This document shows positions 15,017 to 23,627 of a DNA stretch of 32,000 nt, in pieces. The notes below the pieces were generated by a model. The model was given only the letters and a program-made list of their open reading frames with translations, was not told the origin of the DNA and searched no databases. The position numbers were made by a program, and so were the translations under genes. The DNA comes from Candidatus Kuenenia stuttgartensis (GTDB taxonomy: Bacteria; Planctomycetota; Brocadiia; Brocadiales; Brocadiaceae), in contig NZ_LT934425.1 of NCBI RefSeq assembly GCF_900232105.1, positions 2,160,001-2,192,000 of the forward strand. The letters run 5' to 3'. Position 1 is the first letter of the stretch. Every line of letters starts with the position of its first letter.

Positions 15017-17679
15017 TATGTTTCCATCCAGTTTTTCCCCGTCTTGATATTCACCTTAACGGGAACCCTGAGCGTTACGGCATGCCCCATTTCTTCCTGC
15101 ACCATTATACGAGTCTGCTCCAGCGCCTGTACCCCTACTTCAAAAAGCAGTTCATCATGTATTTGCAGCAGCATGCGTGCTTCATAATCCCCGCATTTCA
15201 ATTTTGAATAAATATTGTTCATTGCAACCTTTATCAAATCAGCGGCGGAGCCTTGAATTATCGTGTTTATGGCAATACGCTCCGCGAGGTTTCTGAACCG
15301 TTTATTCTTTGCATTAATATCGGGAATGGCACGTTTTCTATTAAAAAGTGTTTTTACATATCCCATTTCTTTCGCCTCTTCGACTACCTTATCCCTGAAT
15401 TCCCGCACCCCCTGATACAAAGTAAAATATGCATCGATAAAATCTTTTGCATCATTTAATGAAAGACCGGTATCCCGTGAAAGCCCATATTCATTAAGTC
15501 CGTAAATAATGCCAAAGTTTATCGCTTTCGCATTGCGCCGCATTTCTGTCGTTACGTTTTCCAGAGGAACATGATAAATGGAGGACGCCACCGCAGCGTG
15601 AATATCCAAATCTTCCCTGAACGCCTCCATCAGCGCCGTATCTTCAGAAAAATGTGCAAGTATCCTTAACTCGATTTGCGAATAATCCGCCGACAAGAAC
15701 ACTGCGTTTTTTCCGGATGGAATAAACGCCCTGCGAATTTGTTTGCCAATATCTGTTTTGACCGGAATATTCTGAAGATTTGGATTACTGCTGCTGAGGC
15801 GGCCAGTTGACGTCACTGTTTGATTAAAGGTCGTATGGATTTTCCCTGTATCCTGATTTAAGAGATTCGGCAAGGCGTCTGCATACGTGCTTTTAAGCTT
15901 CGCAAGCTGCCGGTATTCCAGCGCCAGTTTTGGCAATGGATGACGCCATGCAAGGGAAGCCAGCACGTTTGCATCTGTTGATACGCCTGTTTTTGTGCGC
16001 CTTAATTTTGGTAATTGGAATTTATCAAAAAGGATTGCCCCCAATTGTTTGTGAGAACTGATATTAAACTCCTGCTCTGCAACACGATAGATTTCTTTTT
16101 CCAGACACTGCAATTGTGCCGCTAAATCACCGGACATCTGCCGAAGAAAGTCTGCATTAATACAGATGCCATTCCCCTCCATTTCCGCCAACACATAAAT
16201 CAGAGGAATCTCTATTTCCTGAAAAAGCTGCCATAATCCTTCTTTCTTTAATAACGGCGCCATTGTTTCCGCCAGGCGAAATGTTATGTCGGCGTCCTGG
16301 CAGGCATATTGGCATACCTTATCTACCGGCACTTTATCCATCGTTATCTGCTGTTTGCCGGAACCGATTAATTCAGCGATCATTATTGTTTTGTAAGATA
16401 AGTATTCAAAGGCAATGTCATCAAGATTGTGGTTTCTTTTCGCCGGATTGAGCAGATAAGAAGCAATCATTGAATCAAAATAAATGCCTTTTAACCCGAT
16501 GTTGTGTTTTTTCAGCACAAGCAAATCATATTTGATATTTTGTCCTATTTTCTTTTTACTTTCGTCTTCCAGGACTTTTCTTATTTCAGGAAGAACAATA
16601 TCCGCCGTTAAATGCCTTGTGTTTTCAGGCGCCATCAAAGGCACATAATATGCTTCCTTCTGTTCCCATGAAAAAGAAAGTCCGACAATGTGTGCTTTAA
16701 GGGGATCGGTACCGGTTGTTTCCAAATCTATTGCAAAGGCGTCTTTTTTGCTTATCTGCTCAAGAAACCCGTGAAATTGTTCAATAGTATTTATGAGATA
16801 ATAATGTGTCGCCTCTGTATTTGCAGTAGCTACCATATCGGAGAGAAGGGTATTGAATCCAAAAGATCGAAATAATTTCCTGAGTTTTATATTCTCTCCG
16901 GTGGACAGTCTGCAGGATTCCATATCCACCGTGAGGGGGATATCGTTATAAAGATCCAGCAGTTCCCTGGAGAACCTGGCCTGGTCGGCAAATGTCCGCA
17001 GGTTTTCCTGTCTTTTTTTCCCGGAAATATGACCAACATTGGCAAGTACGGATTCCAGCGACCCCCATTTTTTGATAAGATCGAGGGCGGTTTTATTACC
17101 AATACCAGGAACACCGGGAATATTATCAGAAACATCTCCCGCAAGTGCCAGCACATCAACCACCTGATTCGGCATAATGCCCTTTTGCGTAAATAGCACG
17201 TCCGAATCAATAATCTCCCCTTTTTTTGCGTGCAGTATTTTTACCTTCGGCCCGATTAATTGCTCCAAATCCTTGTCCGAGGTGACAATTACCACTTCTA
17301 TTTCTTTTTTTTCCAGTACGGTCACTAACGACCCAATCACATCGTCCGCTTCATACCCCTTTGCCGCGTAAACCGGAATGCCAAACGCTCTGACAACTTT
17401 ATAAATTAAAGGGATCTGAACTTGCAAATCTTCCGGTGTTTCCTTGCGGGTTGCTTTGTAGTCACTATATTTTTGATGTCGGTTTGTAGTATATTTTGTG
17501 TCAAATACCAGCGCCAAATAGTCAGGACGTTGTTCCCGCAGCAATTTCAGCAACATCCTTGTAAAACCATATACTGCGTTTGCCGGTGTGCCGTCAGGCG
17601 TTGTCAGCTTTGCCGTAATAGCATAAAACGCCTGATAACAATGAGAATGGCCATCGATGATAAAAAACCGTTCCGGCAT
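15016..17679 (-). CDS. polA: DNA polymerase I
   Basis: 887 aa. The 5'-nuclease N-terminus reads FIIDGHSHCYQAFYA. A 3'-5' exonuclease-like middle domain reads FAIDLETT. Pol A motifs are DYSQIELR, RRNAKAINFGIIYG and QIHDELLFE. Confidence 0.97.
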   Translation of the reverse strand: MPERFFIIDGHSHCYQAFYAITAKLTTPDGTPANAVYGFTRMLLKLLREQRPDYLALVFDTKYTTNRHQKYSDYKATRKETPEDLQVQIPLIYKVVRAFGIPVYAAKGYEADDVIGSLVTVLEKKEIEVVIVTSDKDLEQLIGPKVKILHAKKGEIIDSDVLFTQKGIMPNQVVDVLALAGDVSDNIPGVPGIGNKTALDLIKKWGSLESVLANVGHISGKKRQENLRTFADQARFSRELLDLYNDIPLTVDMESCRLSTGENIKLRKLFRSFGFNTLLSDMVATANTEATHYYLINTIEQFHGFLEQISKKDAFAIDLETTGTDPLKAHIVGLSFSWEQKEAYYVPLMAPENTRHLTADIVLPEIRKVLEDESKKKIGQNIKYDLLVLKKHNIGLKGIYFDSMIASYLLNPAKRNHNLDDIAFEYLSYKTIMIAELIGSGKQQITMDKVPVDKVCQYACQDADITFRLAETMAPLLKKEGLWQLFQEIEIPLIYVLAEMEGNGICINADFLRQMSGDLAAQLQCLEKEIYRVAEQEFNISSHKQLGAILFDKFQLPKLRRTKTGVSTDANVLASLAWRHPLPKLALEYRQLAKLKSTYADALPNLLNQDTGKIHTTFNQTVTSTGRLSSSNPNLQNIPVKTDIGKQIRRAFIPSGKNAVFLSADYSQIELRILAHFSEDTALMEAFREDLDIHAAVASSIYHVPLENVTTEMRRNAKAINFGIIYGLNEYGLSRDTGLSLNDAKDFIDAYFTLYQGVREFRDKVVEEAKEMGYVKTLFNRKRAIPDINAKNKRFRNLAERIAINTIIQGSAADLIKVAMNNIYSKLKCGDYEARMLLQIHDELLFEVGVQALEQTRIMVQEEMGHAVTLRVPVKVNIKTGKNWMET

Positions 17680-18206
17680 TTTGGGTTAGTATTGTAATTT
17701 GGTTCTACTATGCAAAACCGTGTGTGTCATGTTACATAAAGAATGCTATTGGCATTTTACAACTATATGACAGACAGGGTGATTGCGCTGGTAAGGTAAA
17801 TAAAGAGGATATGTTGTATGTTATTTACAATCAGGTCTCTAAAAAGTGGAAAAGGAATAGCTTGTTCAATAAAACAACTGTGGTATTAAAAAACAGTTTT
17901 CGTATGGAAAAAAACGGAAAATGCACAGACTGGAAAAAAGGATTTGATTTACCGCTATGCAAAAATTGGATGGAATACTTTCTGAAACGTAATTACAAAA
18001 AATGTTACCATGTATAAATGTTTTGTCAAGTCAAATATGCAAAATCAACACCGCATTTACCAAGGTTTCTTGGATTTTTGCTATACACGTTAATTTTTAA
18101 AAAAACGGCCATTGATTTACCTATAGCGGTTTTTTTCATTTTCTCTGCAAGGTTTATTTTAAAAATAGATATGTTCATCCATGCGGGGCGTAAACAAGTA
18201 AATATT

Positions 18207-18429
18207 GTAACATTTTAGCTTTTTGAAAAATTCACGGTATAGAAAAAATACCATGTAGCCCCGTTAGGGGCGGTCTGTTTGTAGCACAATAAAATTCAAT
18301 AGAGTAAATAGCTCCGTAGGAGCGGCCTGTCCGTATTCAGGCAGACCTGTTTAATATGGATTTACAAGAGACAGGTCGCTCCTACGGAGCTTATCGGTAG
18401 TACGTTTTTTTTTAAAACCAAAGTGTTAC
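18207..18429 (-). mobile_element. MITE family B (copy B1, 223 bp), inverted relative to B2
   Basis: Its ends are GTAACATTTTAGC... and ...CCAAAGTGTTAC. Positions 18207-18383 match the reverse complement of 19751-19927 with one mismatch. Relative to B2 it lacks a ~75-bp internal module. I found no clear TSD. Confidence 0.8.
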
Positions 18430-18478
18430 ATACCTTTATATTGTATGTTTGAAAATTGGACAGCATTTTTGGAAAAAA

Positions 18479-18997
18479 TCATTTGCATTGTTGTCTCGGC
18501 CATCCGGAAGGTGGCAATGTGCCAGTGTATTTTTTAAAATACTGTGTAATTTTTTCGTGAGATTCATAGCCAGGTTCTTTTATATCTTCTGTCCGTGTCA
18601 TTACAAGATAGTTATTTTTAAATTCTATTGATGTTGACCATGTGGTAGTATTGCCGTCTTCCGCATCTGTTCCCTCCCAAAAAGAACCGATAAGTCTACT
18701 ACCGGAGATTTTATAAGTAATGGTATCGTCCACTTCGTAGCACTTTTTCTCATGGGTGTACCATTTTGCGGTATTACCATTAAACTGGAAAATTTCTTCA
18801 TCAATCACATTGGTTTCTTTCCAGTCTTCCCGTTCTCCATCATCGATGTCATACCCTTCGACAATTTCTTTTTCCAACAACCATGTCCCTGACAACCCTG
18901 CTGATTCAGAAGAAGATGATTTGTTTTTTTCTTCACATCCGAATCCAAATAACAGGGTAAAAACAAATAACACAACAATTCCCCTATACTTTTTCAT
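18479..18997 (-). CDS. Lipoprotein with a lipocalin-like domain
   Basis: The signal peptide plus lipobox reads MKKYRGIVVLFVFTLLFGFGC, followed by a Ser-rich linker and a GTWLL motif typical of lipocalin-like domains. The start is taken at the internal ATG (18997) rather than the track start at 19045. Confidence 0.7.
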   Translation of the reverse strand: MKKYRGIVVLFVFTLLFGFGCEEKNKSSSSESAGLSGTWLLEKEIVEGYDIDDGEREDWKETNVIDEEIFQFNGNTAKWYTHEKKCYEVDDTITYKISGSRLIGSFWEGTDAEDGNTTTWSTSIEFKNNYLVMTRTEDIKEPGYESHEKITQYFKKYTGTLPPSGWPRQQCK

Positions 18998-19218
18998 ATT
19001 AGCCCCTTTCCCTGAATAGTACTTGTTAAGATTTATAAAAAACATATTACCTTATTTCTAAATTCGAAATAAATTCAAAATTTCAATTCTGCCCACCCTA
19101 CCCTCGCCAGCAAAGGACATTCTCTCCCTCCGGAGGGGAATTGGGGCGCTTTGGAATTTGTTTCGTGCTTCATGCTTGTTTGGTTCTGGCTTGTCCAGCG
19201 TAAGAAGTTCAATATTTT

Positions 19219-19247
19219 TGTAGAGACGCATCGCATGCGTCTCTACA
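19219..19247. repeat. Perfect 12-bp stem / 5-nt loop palindrome
   Basis: The sequence is TGTAGAGACGCA-TCGCA-TGCGTCTCTACA. Confidence 0.8.
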
Positions 19248-19367
19248 TTAACATCAACAACAGAATAAAGTCGCTGCCAAAGGAATCCTAATTTATTTGG
19301 CGAATAGCGCTCTATGTATTTAATAGCCAAGTCACCCTACCGGGCAGGCAGGAACAATATAAAACGT

Positions 19368-19503
19368 GGGGGTTCAGGTTGCAAACCAATGTCATTTAAG
19401 CAACCAGCCGCAAAAGTCCCCCTTAGAAAAGGGGAATAAAGGGGGTTGTTTTCAATCAAATAACCTTAACTTAATGACATTGGTTTGCAAACCTGAACCC
19501 GCC
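19368..19503. mobile_element. MITE family C (copy C1, ~136 bp)
   Basis: The TIR core is GGGTTCAGGTTGCAAACCAATGTCATTTAAG on the left. The right end is CTTAACTTAATGACATTGGTTTGCAAACCTGAACCC. A related end is seen at 31574. Confidence 0.75.
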
Positions 19504-19629
19504 ATGTGCATTTTTAATCTGTACTACTATCCATCAAATCCTTGTTTTTCTGCTAGTTTTTCAAAATGTACAACCGTAAGGCATTGATTAAATGAGTGTT
19601 ACGTAAAATTTCTAGCATTGGGTTTTTTG

Positions 19630-19927
19630 GTAACACTTTAGTTTTTTGAAAAATGTATTACCTATAAGCTCCGTAGGAGCAGCCTGTTTGTAGCAAAATA
19701 GAATATTATAACAGATCGCAGAGGCAGGTTTGAAACCTGTCTCTGCAATTAGGAGCGACCTGTCTCTTGTAAATCCATATTAAACAGGTCTACCTGAATA
19801 CGGACAGGCCGCTCCTACGGAGCTATTTACTCTATTGAATTTTATTGTGCTACAAACAGACCGCCCCTAACGGGGCTACATGGTATTTTTTCTATACCGT
19901 GAATTTTTCAAAAAGCTAAAATGTTAC
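19630..19927 (+). mobile_element. MITE family B (copy B2, 298 bp)
   Basis: Its ends are GTAACACTTTAG... and ...CTAAAATGTTAC. A perfect 8-bp TSD GTTTTTTG lies at 19622-19629 and 19928-19935. The body is built of hairpin modules (AGCTCCGTAGGAGC..CCTGT and GCCCCGTTAGGGGC). Confidence 0.85.
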
Positions 19928-20031
19928 GTTTTTTGTCATTTTGAATTTGTTTGCAGCCAAAGGCTGCGCCAATTAATCTGTGGTTACTCCTTCATGCTTC
20001 GTTGTTCGTTATAATCTCTTACACAGAAAGG

Positions 20032-20451
20032 TTAATATGATTTCGCCAGGTATCTGATCAAATCTGTGCTGGTAATTATTCCGATAAGGTTGCGGTCGTC
20101 ATCGATGACGGGGAGTGAGTGAAATAGCCCATTACTCAGAATATGTGCAGCTTTTCTCATCGAGTCCCTGATATTAATAGTAACTAAGTTTTTCTGCATA
20201 ACCTGCTCTATGGTATATTGTTGGTCAATTAATTCATCAAGTAATTTAGTATTCGTTTTTGCGGATGCGATGTTGAGTTTTAACATATCGGTAGCGCTGA
20301 TAAGACCCACAAGTTTTCGATCATTTACCACAGGGACATGATGAATTTGGTTTTCTGCCATCATTTTACGTACAGTACTCAGTTTTTGATCTATGGATAC
20401 GGTGTGTACATTTGCCGTTATGACATGAGAAATTGGGTCAAGATTTTTCAT
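20032..20451 (-). CDS. CBS domain pair protein
   Basis: 139 aa with two CBS repeats (HHVPVVNDRKLVGLISATDMLK and HSLPVIDDDRNLIGIITSTDLIRYL). Confidence 0.85.
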   Translation of the reverse strand: MKNLDPISHVITANVHTVSIDQKLSTVRKMMAENQIHHVPVVNDRKLVGLISATDMLKLNIASAKTNTKLLDELIDQQYTIEQVMQKNLVTINIRDSMRKAAHILSNGLFHSLPVIDDDRNLIGIITSTDLIRYLAKSY

Positions 20452-20754
20452 CGTAATTATTTATAAAGATTCACAAATTAAGTAAGAGAAAAATGGTTTG
20501 TAGGTGAAAAAATGCTTTTTTCTGATAACTAACCAGCACAGGCCGGAACTAAACAAAGATTACAACAGAACACGTATATTAAAAAATCGTCATAAGTTTA
20601 CTACTATCAATTAACCATTGTAAGAAGGCAATTACAATGTGTTTATCTTATATAAAAAATCCGGGTAAGGCAAACAAATCATTTCGTGTAAATGATTTGA
20701 GACCAGTATCATTGAGACTTTGGCTCCCAAAGGGAGACGGAAAGTGTTTCTTTT

Positions 20755-21185
20755 TTAGACAATTGAAGTCAAAATACTTTCTATCCATATCCCGACACCT
20801 GTTCCATCGATACAGGACGTTACGATTATATTTAATTCCGGATTAATTGCCAATGCGTTTCGCTTTGCCTTTTCCATATCGAAATTAGTATACGCAAGAA
20901 GGTCCACCTTGTTTATCAGAAGGTGCCGGGCTACTCTGAAGAGGGCGGGATATTTAAGCGGTTTATCGTCACCCTCCGTCACACTCATTACCACCACCTT
21001 GATATCCTCGCCAAGGTCATATTCAGCAGGGCACACCATGTTTTGCTATCCTTTGAGTATCCAGGTCGGTTTGAATATCGCCCTCTATAACGGCTATATT
21101 CACCCTGTCTTTGAGAAGTTCTGCGATTTTTTCAACAATAGAGGTCTTTTCCGGAACCGGGCGAACTCATCAGATGTTTTGATCC
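20755..21185 (-). pseudogene. hypB: Hydrogenase nickel-insertion GTPase HypB remnant (5'-truncated, frameshifted, internally deleted)
   Basis: On the minus strand, LMSSPGSGK (P-loop) is followed by a 1-nt frameshift. TSIVEKIAELLKDRVNIAVIEGDIQTDLDTQRIAKHG then follows, joined out of frame to VCPAEYDLGEDIKVVVMSVTEGDDKPLKYPALF...LLINKVDLL. The segment expected between them (the ENVGNL region) is missing. Only 5 codons precede the LMSS motif, after the stop of hydG. Confidence 0.7.
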
Positions 21186-21188
21186 CGG

Positions 21189-22565
21189 TCAAAAAAACAG
21201 ATCTCTCTCCCCGTTTCTTATCCTTGCAAGCTTATCCTCTGTCTGCTTTTTTATAGAAGCGTTCTCTATTGCTTCCAGTGTCTTATTTATTATCTCCAGC
21301 CCTAAATGTCTGCTTTCCGGAGACGCGTTATCTTCCATATATTCCATAAGTGTAAGTATGCTATTAGGCCCGCAGAATTCCTGGATATCTCCCGGCCTTG
21401 CAAGTTCCATAAACACCGTGCCTGTCCTGCTCCTGCGGTAACAGGCGGTGCAAAAACTGGGCATGAAGCCCTCCTTCATGGCGCTCACGGTTATTTCTTC
21501 CAGACTCCTCTTGTCCGACAGCTCAAACTGTCCAGCCCCTTTTGGCCTTCCCTTCCCCAATCCGCCTGGCGTAGTGCTTGAGGCGGCGCTGGCCTGCGTA
21601 ATCCCGATGCGGAATGCCGCCTCTCTGATCTCAGGACTTTCCCTTGTGGTTATTATCATGCCTGTATAAGGAACGGCGATCCGAAGGATTGCTATGAGCC
21701 TCAGAAAATCGCTGTCACTTACAGGTGAAGGGGGTCTCAAATTAACCGAATGGGCGGGCCTGAGCCTTGGTATGGATATGGTGTGCGGGCCGGTTCCGAA
21801 CGTATCAAAAAGGTAAGCGGCATGGGATATCAGCCCCAGCACCTCATACCGCCAGTCATAGAGTCCGAAGAGTACGCCCATCCCTACGTCATCTATCCCG
21901 CCCTCAAAGGCTTTGTCCAGGGCATACAACTGTCTCCGGTAATCACTTTTAGGACCATGGTGGATTTTTTCGTAGGTAGGCCTGTGATAACTCTCCTGGA
22001 ATAGCTGGTATGTTCCAATGCCTTTGTCCTTTAGCCTTCTGTAGTTTTCAGCCGTTGTTGCGGCGATGTTTACATTGACCCTTCTTATTTCACCCTTTTC
22101 ATTCCTCACAGAATAGATGGCATCTATTGCATCAAGGATATAATCGACCGGATTATTTCCGATATCCTCTCCTGCCTCAAGAAGGACTCTCTTATGTCCC
22201 ATTTCTATGAGGCAGCCCGTCTGTTCTCTTACCTCATCCATGGTAAGTTTTTTTCTCATTGCAGGGTTACCTGCACGAAAGCCGCAGTATAGGCAATCAT
22301 TTACACAGTAATTGCTGATATAGAGGGGGGCGAAGAACACTAGTCTGCTGCCGTATACGGCATTTTTTATGTAACGGGCGGCGTCAAATATCTCCTCGGT
22401 TAACTCCAGATCGATGACGTTTATCAACATCGCCGCTTCTTCAGGGGTAAGCCCTTTCAGCTCCCTGCCCTTTTTTAAAACATCCGCCAGCATAGCCGTC
22501 GACGGTGAGGGGGTATTCGTGAGCAAGGATTGAAATCTATCTTCGTCTATAAATGTTTTTTGCAT
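21189..22565 (-). CDS. hydG: Radical SAM tyrosine lyase HydG ([FeFe]-hydrogenase H-cluster maturase type)
   Basis: 458 aa with the radical SAM motif CVNDCLYCGFR. The C-terminal CX2CX22C motif (CTAC + 22 residues + C, in SFCTACYRRSRTGTVFMELARPGDIQEFCGPN) distinguishes HydG from ThiH. Confidence 0.85.
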   Translation of the reverse strand: MQKTFIDEDRFQSLLTNTPSPSTAMLADVLKKGRELKGLTPEEAAMLINVIDLELTEEIFDAARYIKNAVYGSRLVFFAPLYISNYCVNDCLYCGFRAGNPAMRKKLTMDEVREQTGCLIEMGHKRVLLEAGEDIGNNPVDYILDAIDAIYSVRNEKGEIRRVNVNIAATTAENYRRLKDKGIGTYQLFQESYHRPTYEKIHHGPKSDYRRQLYALDKAFEGGIDDVGMGVLFGLYDWRYEVLGLISHAAYLFDTFGTGPHTISIPRLRPAHSVNLRPPSPVSDSDFLRLIAILRIAVPYTGMIITTRESPEIREAAFRIGITQASAASSTTPGGLGKGRPKGAGQFELSDKRSLEEITVSAMKEGFMPSFCTACYRRSRTGTVFMELARPGDIQEFCGPNSILTLMEYMEDNASPESRHLGLEIINKTLEAIENASIKKQTEDKLARIRNGERDLFF

Positions 22566-22850
22566 GATTCATAATCTCAAAACAATAACCAGTTCTTTAA
22601 GGCTCTTTCTTCATTTATCAATTAATTCCTACTGGTTTTAACTTTTATTTTCCATCTAAATTATTGGTATTTATTCCTTAAGCAACAAGTTTTTCTATAT
22701 ATCCCTCTCTTTTACTCCATACCATTGGTTCGATTCCATAAGCCTTGAGGGCGTTTGCCAATCATCTGTAACAAATCAGCTCTGTCATTTTGCCTGTTTA
22801 GCTTTTTAGATGACACAGCTAATCGGCAATAATCTTTTCAGTTCGCCTTT

Positions 22851-23270
22851 TCATCCTCTTTCCATTTGAGACAGAACCGACTGATTTAGAAATAGCGTAT
22901 TCCAAAGTTTTGTTGTGTTAAGAATTAAATTGAGAAAACCTTTAGTGAGTATTTTTTCGTTTTCCCGAATTACAGTTAACTCATCTGAACAAACCGCATC
23001 AAAAGTTAGAACAGAAGATCTTCTTTTGAATTGAAAAATTGAAACGTTTCTTCGCGCAAAAATTATGTCTCCTTCATAACATAATTTTCCCGAACCTATA
23101 TCTTCAGGGCTTCTGAAATTTTTAATAAACAGTTGTCCTGCATCTAAATCCTCTGGTCTTATAAATCTTTCACAACCAGATTTTGCAGGTGACAAAACTT
23201 CTTCATTGATTTCATCTGCAATGAAACCTATGGCTATTTCATTCCAATTTGATTTATCAGGTTCAATCAT
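22851..23270 (-). pseudogene. Type I restriction-modification specificity subunit (HsdS) fragment, a single target-recognition-domain remnant
   Basis: The 139-aa ORF carries the TRD-like pattern ...YEGDIIFARRN......DAVCSDELTVIRENEKILTKGFLNLILNT... It lacks the second TRD and the conserved coiled-coil regions. It lies directly downstream of the hsdM remnant. Confidence 0.5.
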
Positions 23271-23315
23271 TTCCTGTTTCTATTCCAATTGAATTCAGTT
23301 TGTCAAACAAAACTT

Positions 23316-23569
23316 TCACGGACGTTTGATAATTTTTAATTCCTGTTCTTCCATAGCATTTCTAAATTCTTCATCCCAAACATCAGAGATGCGTTTGAAA
23401 AACAGTAATGGAAAAATTTATTGCTTAAAATCAGCCGCAGCAATCATTCCTCTCAGAATGTTGGCTGCCCCTGCCCCCAGAGATTGTCTTCAAGTTGTTT
23501 TTTAGTCATGTTTTTAAAGCCGTGTAAATAGTCGACAGGCTTACTCTTCTTTGTATCCAGATCATTCAT
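23316..23569 (-). pseudogene. Type I R-M methyltransferase (HsdM) N-terminal remnant with a frameshift and an in-frame stop
   Basis: The minus-strand reading is MNDLDTKKSKPVDYLHGFKNMTKKQLEDNLWG, then a frameshift, then AANILRGMIAAADFKQ, then a stop, then IFPLLFFKRISDVWDEEFRNAMEE. This is the characteristic HsdM N-terminal domain. The methyltransferase core is absent. Confidence 0.6.
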
Positions 23570-23627
23570 TTGTCAATCTTTCAATAATCTTCAATCTGTA
23601 TATGTAGCGCCGTGGTTGCCGATATGG

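Noticed and set aside
13196-17697. Numerous alternative-frame and antisense ORFs inside rho, coaE and polA
   Set aside because: They are embedded in three strongly supported housekeeping genes and are shadow ORFs.
17724-18218. 97-aa and 66-aa ORFs in the AT-rich region upstream of polA
   Set aside because: They are Lys/Asn/Phe-rich, AT-driven translations with no motifs. The second runs into MITE B1. This is probably a promoter or spacer region.
18998-19045. 16-codon N-terminal extension of the lipoprotein ORF (MFFINLNKYYSGKGAN)
   Set aside because: The internal Met gives a textbook signal peptide plus lipobox, which the extension would bury.
19058-19587. 90-aa minus-strand and 73-aa plus-strand ORFs
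   Set aside because: They span the 12-bp-stem palindrome and MITE C1 respectively, so they are repeat-derived.
18240-19880. Repeated hairpin modules considered as a possible CRISPR array
   Set aside because: The modules occur in both orientations with irregular spacing and no unique spacers of constant length. They sit inside TIR-bounded elements that have TSDs.
21306-22004. Antisense ORFs within hydG
   Set aside because: These are shadow ORFs inside a gene with clear radical SAM and HydG motifs.
22727-22737. GGTTCGATTCC, a tRNA T-loop-like motif
   Set aside because: The flanking bases form only about 3 bp of T-stem. No acceptor or anticodon arms can be drawn.
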